Assembly (NCBI GenBank): GCA_035403785.1
Contig: DAONFW010000005.1
Coordinates: 3,045 to 67,044 of the forward strand
Direction of reading: 5' to 3'
Length of the DNA stretch: 64,000 nucleotides
DNA from: Minisyncoccota bacterium
GTDB lineage: Bacteria > Patescibacteriota > Minisyncoccia > Phycocordibacterales > UBA9973
Shown: positions 15,780 through 24,851 of the stretch, in pieces
How the letters are laid out: every line of letters begins with the position of its first letter
Numbering within the stretch: the stretch's first letter is position 1
Notes under the pieces: generated by a model
What the model was told of the DNA's origin: nothing
Databases searched by the model: none
Seen by the model: only the letters and a program-made list of their open reading frames with translations
Made by a program: the position numbers and the translations under genes

Positions 15780-18020
15780 TTATTCCAATATCTTTCTTAA
15801 TACATCTTCCGGCACTTCTCTGACCGTTCCCGTTGGAGAAACTGAAGGCTGTGCTTGCGTCTGTGTTTGCGGGGCTGTAGGCGGAGTTTGTTTTACTTCC
15901 TCTTTTTCGGGTTCTTCTTTCAAAATCTTCTCCCTCGGCTGTAGCCCACCTACGGGCGAAGCTTCCTTTTTTGTTTCTACTTCTGGAACTTCTATTTTTT
16001 TATTTACAATATTCTCTTTCTTGGAGATTAGATCTTTCAACTTATTCATCTCCTCTGCCGGCGCTGCTCTGTCTTTCAAATTTATATTTGCAACAGGAGT
16101 TGGTTTTGAGGTTTTTAATTCGTTTAAAGAAACAGCTGAAATCTCTGCTTTATTTTTTTCTTCTTCAGAAATTTTTGCTTCTTTTTTTGTTTCTACTTCT
16201 ACATTTTTTTCTGGGACTTTTTTTATTTCCTGTTTTATTTCAGTCTTTTCTTTGTCTTTGTCTTTGTCTTCCAAAACTTTGTTTTCATTAAGAGTCTTGT
16301 TTAAAATTTCTTTCAAAGCTAAATTTTCTCCCATTATTTTTGGACTCTTTTCTTTTTGTTTATTATTTACAAAAACGCCTTTTATTTTAGAGAAAACATT
16401 TTTCTTTTCATCTCTTTCTCTTTGCACTTGTCTTTGTCCTGCTTCAAATTTTGGTTTACCTTGTTGAAAAGGCATAGTGTCTTTCTGTCCAAATTCAATC
16501 CCTAGGTCAGCTAGTGGTTTAAAATATTTTGACTCGTCATTTCTAATCTGCCTCATCGTACCTTTTACTGGCTTTATTTCACCTGATTTTATTTTTGTTA
16601 TACAGTCTTTACAGTAAACTGGCCTTCCTGGCTCTGGTTTAAATGGGACTTTTGTTTCTTTTGCACAAATAGAACAAACAGCTGTAAATTTTTCAGCGTC
16701 TTCATCTCCAATATTAGATCCACTCCAAGCATTAATTTCCCTTTCTACATCTTCTCTTTTTTTACAATATAAAGCTCTGGAAGACTCGATAACTTGCTTT
16801 TCAATCTCTGGATTCCCCTCAGCCATTGGTGGAAGAGTTTTTGCAGAAAAAGGTCTAGAAGTAATACCGTCTATCATAAGCTTCAAATAAATTTTGTAGT
16901 TTGGCAAAGCAACGATATCCTGCGGGGTAAATTCTGGGTCAAATTCTTTCTCCAAAAAATCAGCGTCTTCTGCACCACACCTGAAAACAACCATCGTTCC
17001 AACGTTTCCGAAAACTGCATCTCGAACAGCAGAACTTTTATCTGAAACAAGCTGCGCTGTATATTGGTGAGCAACAGTAAGATTGAGTCTATATTTTCTA
17101 GCTTCTGAAAGAATTGACGCAAAAGAATCTGTAACGAAATTTTGGAACTCGTCGACATACAAATAAAAGTCTTTACGTTCGTCTTCCGGAATACGCACAC
17201 GCTCCATAGCAGCCAACTGAATTTTTGTAATAATCATACCTCCAAGCAAAGCTGAGTTGTCTTCTCCGATTCTTCCTTTTGAAACGTTAACCAAGAAAAT
17301 TTTCTTTTCATTCATTAAGTCAAAAATATTTATCGTACTTTTTGACTGGCCAACAACGTTTCTTATTATTGATGAAGAAAGAAACTGTCCAACTTTGTTT
17401 TGGATCGGAGCAATAGCTTCATTTCTGAATTTATCTTGCCAAGCTTCATATTCGTGCACCCAAAAAGATTTGATAACCGGATCTTTCAAATTTGAAATAA
17501 TTTTTTGTCTGTAATCCTTGTCTACAAGCAATCTTGGAATACCGAGCATCGTCGTTCCTGGAGTATCAAGTAAAGCTAAAATAGCATTGTTCAAAATGTA
17601 TTCCATTCTGGCTGACCAAGCATTTGCCCAAATTTTAGTAAAAATTCCCATCAAGCCGGAAGCGACAAGATGTTTATATTTCGGATCTGCAATTTCTAAA
17701 ACGTTAAAACCAATATGATAATCTGGATCTGCTGGATTAAAATAAACAACATCTTTTACTCTTTCTGGTGGAATTGCAGAAAGAACAGCTTCTACGTTTT
17801 CTCCATGCGGATCGACTAAACAAACACCATCACCATTTTTGATGTTCTGAATAATCATATTAAACATAAACACAGATTTACCGGTACCAGATTTTCCGAG
17901 AATGTAAACATGTTGGCGTCTGTCTTTACGTTTAATACCAAATAGCTGGTTCTTGTCACGATATGTAGCAAGCCCAAGATACGTAATGTCTTTATTTTGC
18001 GGTATATTTACCGGATTCAT
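15780..18020 (-). CDS. VirD4/TraD-like P-loop ATPase, paralog 2, with a C-terminal zinc ribbon and a Lys/Glu-rich low-complexity tail.
   Basis: A 746-aa ORF. The Walker A motif is YILGKSGTGKS, the Walker B motif is FYLYVDEFQNF, and ARKYRLNLTVAHQYTAQL follows. It then has CSICAKETKVPFKPEPGRPVYCKDC and a KDKDKDKEK / PTAPQTQTQAQP tail. Confidence 0.55.
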   Translation of the reverse strand: MNPVNIPQNKDITYLGLATYRDKNQLFGIKRKDRRQHVYILGKSGTGKSVFMFNMIIQNIKNGDGVCLVDPHGENVEAVLSAIPPERVKDVVYFNPADPDYHIGFNVLEIADPKYKHLVASGLMGIFTKIWANAWSARMEYILNNAILALLDTPGTTMLGIPRLLVDKDYRQKIISNLKDPVIKSFWVHEYEAWQDKFRNEAIAPIQNKVGQFLSSSIIRNVVGQSKSTINIFDLMNEKKIFLVNVSKGRIGEDNSALLGGMIITKIQLAAMERVRIPEDERKDFYLYVDEFQNFVTDSFASILSEARKYRLNLTVAHQYTAQLVSDKSSAVRDAVFGNVGTMVVFRCGAEDADFLEKEFDPEFTPQDIVALPNYKIYLKLMIDGITSRPFSAKTLPPMAEGNPEIEKQVIESSRALYCKKREDVEREINAWSGSNIGDEDAEKFTAVCSICAKETKVPFKPEPGRPVYCKDCITKIKSGEIKPVKGTMRQIRNDESKYFKPLADLGIEFGQKDTMPFQQGKPKFEAGQRQVQRERDEKKNVFSKIKGVFVNNKQKEKSPKIMGENLALKEILNKTLNENKVLEDKDKDKEKTEIKQEIKKVPEKNVEVETKKEAKISEEEKNKAEISAVSLNELKTSKPTPVANINLKDRAAPAEEMNKLKDLISKKENIVNKKIEVPEVETKKEASPVGGLQPREKILKEEPEKEEVKQTPPTAPQTQTQAQPSVSPTGTVREVPEDVLRKILE

Positions 18021-18052
18021 TACTTTTAATTATACCAAATCAAACAAAATAT

Positions 18053-18115
18053 AAAAAGCGTTTTTCGAGTAGTCTGGTGAATTTACCCCAGGACCAAAGA
18101 AAAACGCTTTTTATT
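18053..18115 (-). terminator. Intrinsic terminator downstream of dnaK.
   Basis: The arm aagcgttttt pairs with aaaaacgctt 36 nt downstream, followed by a U-run on the minus strand. Confidence 0.45.
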
Positions 18116-18138
18116 TTTAGTTTTATAATTTATTCTTT

Positions 18139-20037
18139 TTATTCTGCTTTGTCGTTTTTGTCTTTATCTTCAGCAACTTCAGCTTCTTGAATTTCTGGTT
18201 CTTGAGCTTCTGCTGTTGTTGAACTTGAAGTTTGACCGGCCTTACTCATAGCTTCGCCAATTTTAGACATTTCAGAAGATAGCTCTTCTGTTGCTTTCTT
18301 GATGGCTTCTAGATCATTCCCTTCTTTCACCGTTTTCAAATTAGAAATTTTAGAAGTTACTCCAGTTTTTACATCTTCTGGAATCTTAGTCTCATTTTCT
18401 TTTACAGATTTTTCAGCTGTGTACAAAATCATTTCAGCTGTATTTTTCACTTCAATCAATTCTTTCTTCTTCTTATCTTCTTCAGCATGAAGTTCAGCTT
18501 CTTGTTGCATTCTCTTGATATCTTCATCTTTCAATCCAGAACTTGCTTCTATTCTGATAGACTGCACTTTTCCTGAAGCTTTATCTTGAGCTTTTACGTT
18601 TAAGATTCCGTTTGCATCAACATCGAAAGTAACTTCAACTTGTGGCATGCCTCTTGGTGCTGGTGGAATTCCATCCAAAATAAATCTTCCAAGAGATTTG
18701 TTATCATTTGCCATTGGTCTTTCACCTTGCGTTATGTGAATTTCCACAGAAGTCTGATTATCTGCCGCAGTTGAGAAAACTTGAGACTTAGAAGTTGGAA
18801 TTGTAGTATTCTTTTCTATCAACTTAGTTGCTACACCTCCCAAAGTTTCTATTCCAAGAGAAAGCGGAATCACGTCTAGTAACAAGACATCTCGCACATC
18901 TCCTTGCAAAACTCCAGCTTGCACCGCTGCGCCCAATGCAACTACTTCGTCAGGATTGATAGAAAGATTTGGAAGTTTTCCAAATAATTTTTCAACAGCA
19001 CTTACAATCGCTGGCATTCTTGTCTGTCCACCAACCATTATGATTTCATTTATTTCATTCATTTTGAATGGTGATGCTTCAAGTGCACGTTTCGTGATTT
19101 CAATAGATCTATCTATGTATTCTTTTGCCAAACTTTCTAAAGTTGCTCTGGTCATTCTCATCAACAAATGTTTTGGTCCAGTAGCATCCGAAGTAATAAA
19201 CGGAATATTTATTTCAGCTTCCAAAGTAGTAGAAAGTTCATGTTTAGCTTTTTCTGCTGCTTCTTTCAATCTCTGGTGTGCTAGCGGATCTTTTGTAACA
19301 TCAATTCCAGATTCTTTTTTAAATTCTTCTGCAATCCAATTTATAACTTTTCTATCAATATCGCCTCCACCCATGTGTGAGTCTCCGTCTGTAGATTTCA
19401 CTTCTATTACATCATCACCGATTTCAAGCACAGATACGTCAAAAGTTCCACCTCCGAAGTCATACACAACTACTTTTTCGTTTTTCTTTTTATCAAAACC
19501 GTAAGCAAGCGCTGCGGCTGTCGGCTCGTTGATTATTCTTTTTACATCAAGTCCGGCAATTAAACCAGCGTCTTTTGTAGCTTTTCTCTGCGCATCATTA
19601 AAGTAAGCCGGCACTGTGATAACAGCTTCTGTAATTTTTTCTCCAGTTTTTGCTTCAACATCTGTTTTAATTTTTTGCAAAATCATTGCAGAAATTTCTT
19701 CTGGTCTGTAAAATTTGTCAGCCATTTTTACTTTCACGCCACCGTCTTCGCCTTGCTCAATCTTGAACGGCGCAGAAGTTTTGTCTTTCTGAACACCCGG
19801 ATCATCAAATCTGTGACCCATGTATCTTTTCATTTCTGACAAAGTATTTTCTGGATTTGTCACTGCCTGTCTTTTTGCTAATAATCCAACTATTCTGTCG
19901 CCATTTTTTGTGGTAGCAACAACAGATGGCGTTGTTCTGTTTCCTTCAACGTTTTCAACTATTTTCGGAGAACCTCCTTCAATAATTGCAACTGCTGAGT
20001 TTGTTGTACCCAAATCTATACCTATTATTTTACTCAT
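18139..20037 (-). CDS. dnaK: Chaperone DnaK (Hsp70).
   Basis: A 632-aa ORF starting [22 protein letters not shown], with [10 protein letters not shown]-type motifs throughout. Confidence 0.95.
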   Translation of the reverse strand: MSKIIGIDLGTTNSAVAIIEGGSPKIVENVEGNRTTPSVVATTKNGDRIVGLLAKRQAVTNPENTLSEMKRYMGHRFDDPGVQKDKTSAPFKIEQGEDGGVKVKMADKFYRPEEISAMILQKIKTDVEAKTGEKITEAVITVPAYFNDAQRKATKDAGLIAGLDVKRIINEPTAAALAYGFDKKKNEKVVVYDFGGGTFDVSVLEIGDDVIEVKSTDGDSHMGGGDIDRKVINWIAEEFKKESGIDVTKDPLAHQRLKEAAEKAKHELSTTLEAEINIPFITSDATGPKHLLMRMTRATLESLAKEYIDRSIEITKRALEASPFKMNEINEIIMVGGQTRMPAIVSAVEKLFGKLPNLSINPDEVVALGAAVQAGVLQGDVRDVLLLDVIPLSLGIETLGGVATKLIEKNTTIPTSKSQVFSTAADNQTSVEIHITQGERPMANDNKSLGRFILDGIPPAPRGMPQVEVTFDVDANGILNVKAQDKASGKVQSIRIEASSGLKDEDIKRMQQEAELHAEEDKKKKELIEVKNTAEMILYTAEKSVKENETKIPEDVKTGVTSKISNLKTVKEGNDLEAIKKATEELSSEMSKIGEAMSKAGQTSSSTTAEAQEPEIQEAEVAEDKDKNDKAE

Positions 20038-20111
20038 ACTTTTTATATTTTTTTATTTATTTTATTTTCATTTCCCGAACTCGACTTTCGGGGTTTGTAA
20101 TTTAATGGATC

Positions 20112-20354
20112 TTAAAAATTTCTTAAACATCTAACATATTCATTTGTATAAGAATCAGTATATTGTTTCAATAAATCTGTGCTAGAATTTTCTTCCTTAT
20201 AATTCATTAAATGACCTAAAACACCTTCTTGTATTGCTTGATCTCTACAAAAAAACATTCTGTATTCTTTTTGATATTTAATATACCCGAAAATAAAAAT
20301 CAATAAGATAATTATAATAAATATATAAAATTTTTTGTCTGTTATTTTTGACAT
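20112..20354 (-). CDS. Hypothetical small membrane protein.
   Basis: An 80-aa ORF with one transmembrane segment (FYIFIIIILLIFIFGYI). Confidence 0.25.
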   Translation of the reverse strand: MSKITDKKFYIFIIIILLIFIFGYIKYQKEYRMFFCRDQAIQEGVLGHLMNYKEENSSTDLLKQYTDSYTNEYVRCLRNF

Positions 20355-20461
20355 ACATTTTTTAAATTAATCCACACTTTTGCGGGCAGCTGATAATTAA
20401 TACTCCCATTATATACTCCCCTATCTTTTTTGACAAGTATTTCGTGGTCGCAAAATACTTG

Positions 20462-20490
20462 TTGATATTATAATCATCTTTTGTTATAAT
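20462..20490 (+). promoter_or_regulatory. Sigma-70-like promoter TTGATA-N17-TATAAT upstream of gene 20613.
   Basis: The -35 is ttgata at 20462-20467 and the -10 is tataat at 20485-20490. Just upstream, at 20434-20461, is a 9-bp inverted repeat, caagtattt…aaatacttg. Confidence 0.4.
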
Positions 20491-20612
20491 GCAAGCGTTA
20501 GTCCCGTACTAAATTTTTGGTTAAAAAATATAAGGATTAAAAAGAAAAAACACAAAAAATAGTAAGTAAAATAATAATTAAGTTTAAAATTTTAGTACTG
20601 GGATATCTAAAT

Positions 20613-21146
20613 ATGCAAGAAAAAAACGCTAAAAAACCCAATATTCAGAAAGATATTTTGAAAATATTAGACGGCAAACCGGCTGTTTCTGTTAAATCTT
20701 TAAAACATGGAAAAGATCAAAAGACAAGCTATGCGATAGCTCGTTCAATAAAAAATCTAGTAGATTCTGGTTGCGCAGAAATGATAAATTCTGACAATCA
20801 GAGTTATGTTAAACTCACACAGAAAGGAAAAAACAAATTAAACAACATTCGCCTACTTGCAGACGATGCACTTGTTTCTACAAACTGGGACGGTTTTTGG
20901 CGAATCGTAATTTTGGATTTACCAGAAGAAAGAAAATCCGAACGTGAAGCTCTAAGATATTTACTCAAGAAAGCAAATTTTATTTGTATAAAAAATACGG
21001 TTTGGATCTCGCCATTTCCATATGAACATCTTTTTACTAATATCAAAAAAGATTTGAATTTCACCACAGAAATCATGATTATAGTTTCTAACAAATTAGA
21101 TCCAGAAACAAATCTTGCTTTCCTTGAAGCAGTAAAAAATCAGTAA
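20613..21146 (+). CDS. Winged-helix transcriptional regulator, PaaX-like.
   Basis: A 177-aa ORF. The N-terminal wHTH reads ILKILDGKPAVSVKSL…ARSIKNLVDSG. The C-terminal WDGFWRIVILDLPEERKSEREALRYLLKKANFICIKNTVWISPFP resembles the WDGxW…VWI motif of the PaaX C-terminal domain. Confidence 0.35.
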   Translation: MQEKNAKKPNIQKDILKILDGKPAVSVKSLKHGKDQKTSYAIARSIKNLVDSGCAEMINSDNQSYVKLTQKGKNKLNNIRLLADDALVSTNWDGFWRIVILDLPEERKSEREALRYLLKKANFICIKNTVWISPFPYEHLFTNIKKDLNFTTEIMIIVSNKLDPETNLAFLEAVKNQ

Positions 21147-21155
21147 GAAATAATA

Positions 21156-22934
21156 TTAAATATTTTTCTTAAATCCTTTTGCTTGAAGTTCCCAAAGTTT
21201 TTTATAAATTCCAGAATCTTTTTGAGTAAGTTCTTCATGCGTGCCATCTTCTACTATTTCTCCTTTTTCTATCACTACGATTCTGTCCATTTGTCTGATA
21301 GTAGAAAGTCTGTGTGCAATCACAATAGTAGTCTTGCCTTTTATTAATTTCTGCAACGCATCTTGAATCAAAGCTTCTGATTCAGAATCAAGAGAAGAAG
21401 TGGCTTCGTCTAATACAAGAATCGGCGCATTTTTCAAAATAGCACGTGCAATTGCCACTCTTTGCCTTTCTCCACCAGAAAGCTTAATTCCCCTTTCGCC
21501 AACATAAGTCTGGTAACCTTCCGGTAATAAATCTATAAATTTATCACAGTGCGCTAAGTGCGCAGCTTCTTTTACTTCTTCATCTGTAGCATCACGTCTG
21601 CCGTATCTGATATTTTCTAAAAGAGTTCTGTGAAATAAAATCGGTTCCTGTGGCACGAAAGATATATGATTTCTTAGATCTGCTTGGCTGACGTCTCTGA
21701 TATCTATACCGTCTATCATAATACTCCCATTTTTGATATCAAAAAGTCTCATCAAAAGTCTTACAAAAGTAGTTTTTCCAGCACCAGAAGAGCCAATAAT
21801 CGCAACTTTCTGACCTGGTTTTATATTAATAGAAAATCTGTCTAATAATTTATTTTTATTATTTTCATAACTATAAGTCACAGCATTAAAAGTGATATCC
21901 CCGTTAACTTTTTCTAATTTTTTTGTTGACTTGTCTTGTATTTCATGAGGTGTATTCAAAATATCTGCCATTTCTTTTGCGTCCGCAAAACTTTCATAAA
22001 AAGTACGAATAATATTTCCAAAACCCCATAAAGTTTCTATTAATCTAATTAGATAACTTTGAAACAAAACAATTACTGGTAGAGTAATCAATCCAAGAGA
22101 CCAATCTTTTATTACTAGCCAAAAAATTAAAAATTCTATACCTAAAGAATAAAAACTAGAAATAGCACCCAAACCTTCCCATAAACACCAGTTTGTAAAA
22201 GTTGTTTTTCTTTGTTTTTGAACAACTTCACCTACTAATTCTTTTTCGTGTTCTTGTCCAGAAAATAACTGTACTGAAGCATGGTTGCCAATAGAATCCG
22301 CAATTGCCCCAGTAGTTTTTGAGTCAGCTTCAGCTGAGAGAATATCATATTTTAATTTAAATCTAATATAAACGAAAGTAGTAATTAAGAAAATTACACA
22401 AAATATACTTAAAATTAAAGCGTATTTAGGAAACATAGTATAAATAGCAAAAACAGTTCCTCCTGTTGTAACAAGTAGTGGCAAAGCATCTATTACCAAA
22501 CGATCGGTTAGTTTTTCAAAAGCTCGAGCGTATCTGCTAATCTTTTGTGTCAAAGAACCACCAAAATTATTAGCAAAAAATGTATGAGAATGGTAAATCA
22601 AATATCCAAAAGATTGCTCACGTAAACCAGCCATAGCGCTAGATTCAAAATAACTTAATGTAAATCCAGTTGTTCTTCTTGTAATCCATCTCAAAAAATT
22701 TAAAATCAAAATCCACAAGACAAGAGACCTCGCTGCAGCAAAAGAAGAAAAATCGTTTGCACTCAAAATATTCCAGAGCTTCAAATATTGCAAAGGAATA
22801 TAAACACCAAGACCAGCTACAATAACTGTGCCAATAATAACTACAAAAAAAGAAATCTTATATTTTTTGGCAACTCGCCAGAAAGATTTCAAAACTAGTT
22901 TTTTATTCAACTTTTTCTTGTTTTCTTTATTCAT
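21156..22934 (-). CDS. ABC transporter with fused permease and ATPase (MsbA-type exporter).
   Basis: A 592-aa ORF. Its N-terminal half has six transmembrane segments. The C-terminal half has GSSGAGKTT, the signature LSGGERQRVAIARAIL, and the Walker B motif ILVLDEATSSLD. Confidence 0.85.
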   Translation of the reverse strand: MNKENKKKLNKKLVLKSFWRVAKKYKISFFVVIIGTVIVAGLGVYIPLQYLKLWNILSANDFSSFAAARSLVLWILILNFLRWITRRTTGFTLSYFESSAMAGLREQSFGYLIYHSHTFFANNFGGSLTQKISRYARAFEKLTDRLVIDALPLLVTTGGTVFAIYTMFPKYALILSIFCVIFLITTFVYIRFKLKYDILSAEADSKTTGAIADSIGNHASVQLFSGQEHEKELVGEVVQKQRKTTFTNWCLWEGLGAISSFYSLGIEFLIFWLVIKDWSLGLITLPVIVLFQSYLIRLIETLWGFGNIIRTFYESFADAKEMADILNTPHEIQDKSTKKLEKVNGDITFNAVTYSYENNKNKLLDRFSINIKPGQKVAIIGSSGAGKTTFVRLLMRLFDIKNGSIMIDGIDIRDVSQADLRNHISFVPQEPILFHRTLLENIRYGRRDATDEEVKEAAHLAHCDKFIDLLPEGYQTYVGERGIKLSGGERQRVAIARAILKNAPILVLDEATSSLDSESEALIQDALQKLIKGKTTIVIAHRLSTIRQMDRIVVIEKGEIVEDGTHEELTQKDSGIYKKLWELQAKGFKKNI

Positions 22935-22960
22935 TATTTTGTTTTTAAAACTAAAGAGAA

Positions 22961-23584
22961 TTATTCTCCTTTATATTCAAAAACATTCACTCTAGCAGCA
23001 CGAATCACTCTTTCACCGAGTTTGTATCCTTTTTGAGTTACTTCAGCAATTTTGTGATCGTTTTCTTTTTTGTCAGTTTGTACCATTTCGATAGACTGAT
23101 GAATGTTATGGTCAAAACTTTCACCAACTTCTCCAACTGGCTTAACTCCAAACTCTTCCAAAACAGATTTCATTTGAACGTAAATATATTCAACTCCTTT
23201 CCGCCAATTTTCATCAACTTTTTCCCAAGCTGATTTATTAGCGAAAGCCATTTCAAAACTATCCATTACAGTCAAAAAGCGCATTATGATTCTCTCACGC
23301 ATTGCTTCAGAAAAGTTGGCTTTTCTTTCTTCTTCTTGTTTTTTATAATTAACAAATTCAGCTCTTTCTTTTTGCCAGCCTGTTAGATATTCTTCTTTTT
23401 CTTTCTTGCACTGCTTCAAATCAGCTCTTAATTTCTTAAGCGTTTTTTTCAAATCTTCCTCTCCGTCTTCGTTAAATTCAAATTCAACGACTTCTGTGTC
23501 GTCTTCTTCCGGAATTTCTTTATTTTCAGGCATTTTAAGCTCTAAATCTTCGGTTTTTTCTTCTTTTTTGTCTGATTTACTCAT
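22961..23584 (-). CDS. grpE: Nucleotide exchange factor GrpE.
   Basis: A 207-aa ORF with an acidic N-terminus, a coiled coil (…YLTGWQKERAEFVNYKK…) and a C-terminal beta domain (GYKLGERVIRAARV). Confidence 0.8.
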   Translation of the reverse strand: MSKSDKKEEKTEDLELKMPENKEIPEEDDTEVVEFEFNEDGEEDLKKTLKKLRADLKQCKKEKEEYLTGWQKERAEFVNYKKQEEERKANFSEAMRERIIMRFLTVMDSFEMAFANKSAWEKVDENWRKGVEYIYVQMKSVLEEFGVKPVGEVGESFDHNIHQSIEMVQTDKKENDHKIAEVTQKGYKLGERVIRAARVNVFEYKGE

Positions 23585-23624
23585 ATATTTTATATTATCA
23601 TAACTTTCGAATAAATAAAATCTA

Positions 23625-23656
23625 AAAATCCCCTGCCTTGTGAGCAGAGGATTTTT
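23625..23656 (-). terminator. Intrinsic terminator after rpsI.
   Basis: The hairpin aaaatcctctgc-tcacaagg-caggggatttt is followed by a U-run on the minus strand. Confidence 0.45.
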
Positions 23657-23660
23657 GTTT

Positions 23661-24077
23661 TTAACGTTTTGACCACTGTGGAGCCTTTCTAGCTTTCTTG
23701 AGTCCGAATTTTCTTCTTTCTTTTGCTCTTGGATCTCTCTTAAGATATCCGAGAGTTTTTAATTTTCCTCTCATTTCGTCATCTGTTCCAGTCAAAGCTC
23801 TTGCTAAACCGTGTCTTACAGCCTCTGCTTGAGAATGAATTCCTCCGCCAGTTACTTTTACTTCTACTGAGTATTTAGCTCCTGGTTTTCCCTTAATTAT
23901 TGGATCTTGCACCAAAGCTCTTTGATCTTCTGTTTTGAAGTAATCTTTTGCATCTACTCCATTCACAATAAAGCTAGGCTTTGTTGTCTTATGAATTCGA
24001 ACTCTAGCAGTTGAAGTTTTTCTTCTTCCGATAGCTTCGATATACTTTTCTTTTGTTGTCTTTTTTTCCGTTTCCAT
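23661..24077 (-). CDS. rpsI: 30S ribosomal protein S9.
   Basis: A 138-aa ORF ending in the S9-typical basic C-terminus …GLKKARKAPQWSKR. Confidence 0.9.
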   Translation of the reverse strand: METEKKTTKEKYIEAIGRRKTSTARVRIHKTTKPSFIVNGVDAKDYFKTEDQRALVQDPIIKGKPGAKYSVEVKVTGGGIHSQAEAVRHGLARALTGTDDEMRGKLKTLGYLKRDPRAKERRKFGLKKARKAPQWSKR

Positions 24078-24081
24078 ATTT

Positions 24082-24441
24082 TTAATCTTCTATTTTTAAG
24101 TTTTTCATCATTTCTTTTCTAATCTTGTTCCCAGGCAACATTTGGTATACAGCAAGTCTTACCAATTCTTTCATTCCTTCTTTTTCTGCTGTCTCAGTAC
24201 CTTTTATAATTCTAAGACCACCTCTGTAGCCAGAATATCTAGCGTGAAAAATTTCTGCTAATTTTTTGTTTGAAATGCGAATTTTTGAAGCATTAACAAC
24301 TTTTACTGGAAAACCAGAAAAAATATTTCTCTGGAATTTTGCTGAAGTTTTTCCCATCAAATGCATAGCAACTTCAGCTGCTACTCTTCCCAAACTTCTT
24401 CCTGTTGCATCAATTTCAATTGTTTTAATTTGTTTTTCCAT
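24082..24441 (-). CDS. rplM: 50S ribosomal protein L13.
   Basis: A 119-aa ORF starting MEKQIKTIEIDATGRSLGRVAAEVAMHLMGK. Confidence 0.85.
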   Translation of the reverse strand: MEKQIKTIEIDATGRSLGRVAAEVAMHLMGKTSAKFQRNIFSGFPVKVVNASKIRISNKKLAEIFHARYSGYRGGLRIIKGTETAEKEGMKELVRLAVYQMLPGNKIRKEMMKNLKIED

Positions 24442-24464
24442 ACTCGTTACTCGTTTATTAAAAA

Positions 24465-24818
24465 TTATACAAACTCTATGACAGCCATTTTTGCGCCATC
24501 AGATTTTCTTACCCCTAATTTAATCACTCTAGTATAACCGCCCTTTTTTGTTTTATACTTAGGTGCAATAACTTCAAAAAGTTTCTTTGTTTCTCGCTTT
24601 CTGTTTGAAAGTTTAGAAGTAACAAATTTTCTTGAAGCTAAAGTGTCAGTCTTTGCTCTTGTAACTATTTTTTCAATAAAAGGTCTTAATTCCTTTGCTT
24701 TTGGTTCTGTTGTTTTTATTTTTTCTCGGATGATCAAGTTAAGAGCCAAAGAATTCATCAGTGCGTTTCTTTGATTTTTTGTTCTTCCGAATTTTCTTTT
24801 GTTATTATGATGTCGCAT
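24465..24818 (-). CDS. rplQ: 50S ribosomal protein L17.
   Basis: A 117-aa ORF starting MRHHNNKRKFGRTKNQRNALMNSLALNLI. Confidence 0.9.
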   Translation of the reverse strand: MRHHNNKRKFGRTKNQRNALMNSLALNLIIREKIKTTEPKAKELRPFIEKIVTRAKTDTLASRKFVTSKLSNRKRETKKLFEVIAPKYKTKKGGYTRVIKLGVRKSDGAKMAVIEFV

Positions 24819-24851
24819 CTCAGTTAAAACTTATTTTAATAATTAATCTTA

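Noticed and set aside
15971-16467. Plus-strand ORFs 15971-16291 and 16021-16467 antisense to the ATPase tail.
   Set aside because: They have low-complexity composition (Leu/Phe/Ser-rich) generated by the Lys/Glu-rich tail on the opposite strand. They have no start context.
18956-19504. 182-aa plus-strand ORF inside dnaK.
   Set aside because: It is antisense to a highly conserved gene, so it is an artefact.
18021-20100. CIRCE/HrcA operator (TTAGCACTC-N9-GAGTGCTAA) near dnaK and grpE.
   Set aside because: I searched the upstream regions of dnaK and grpE by eye and found no match. The hairpin at 20073-20091 (cccgaa…ttcggg) does not resemble CIRCE.
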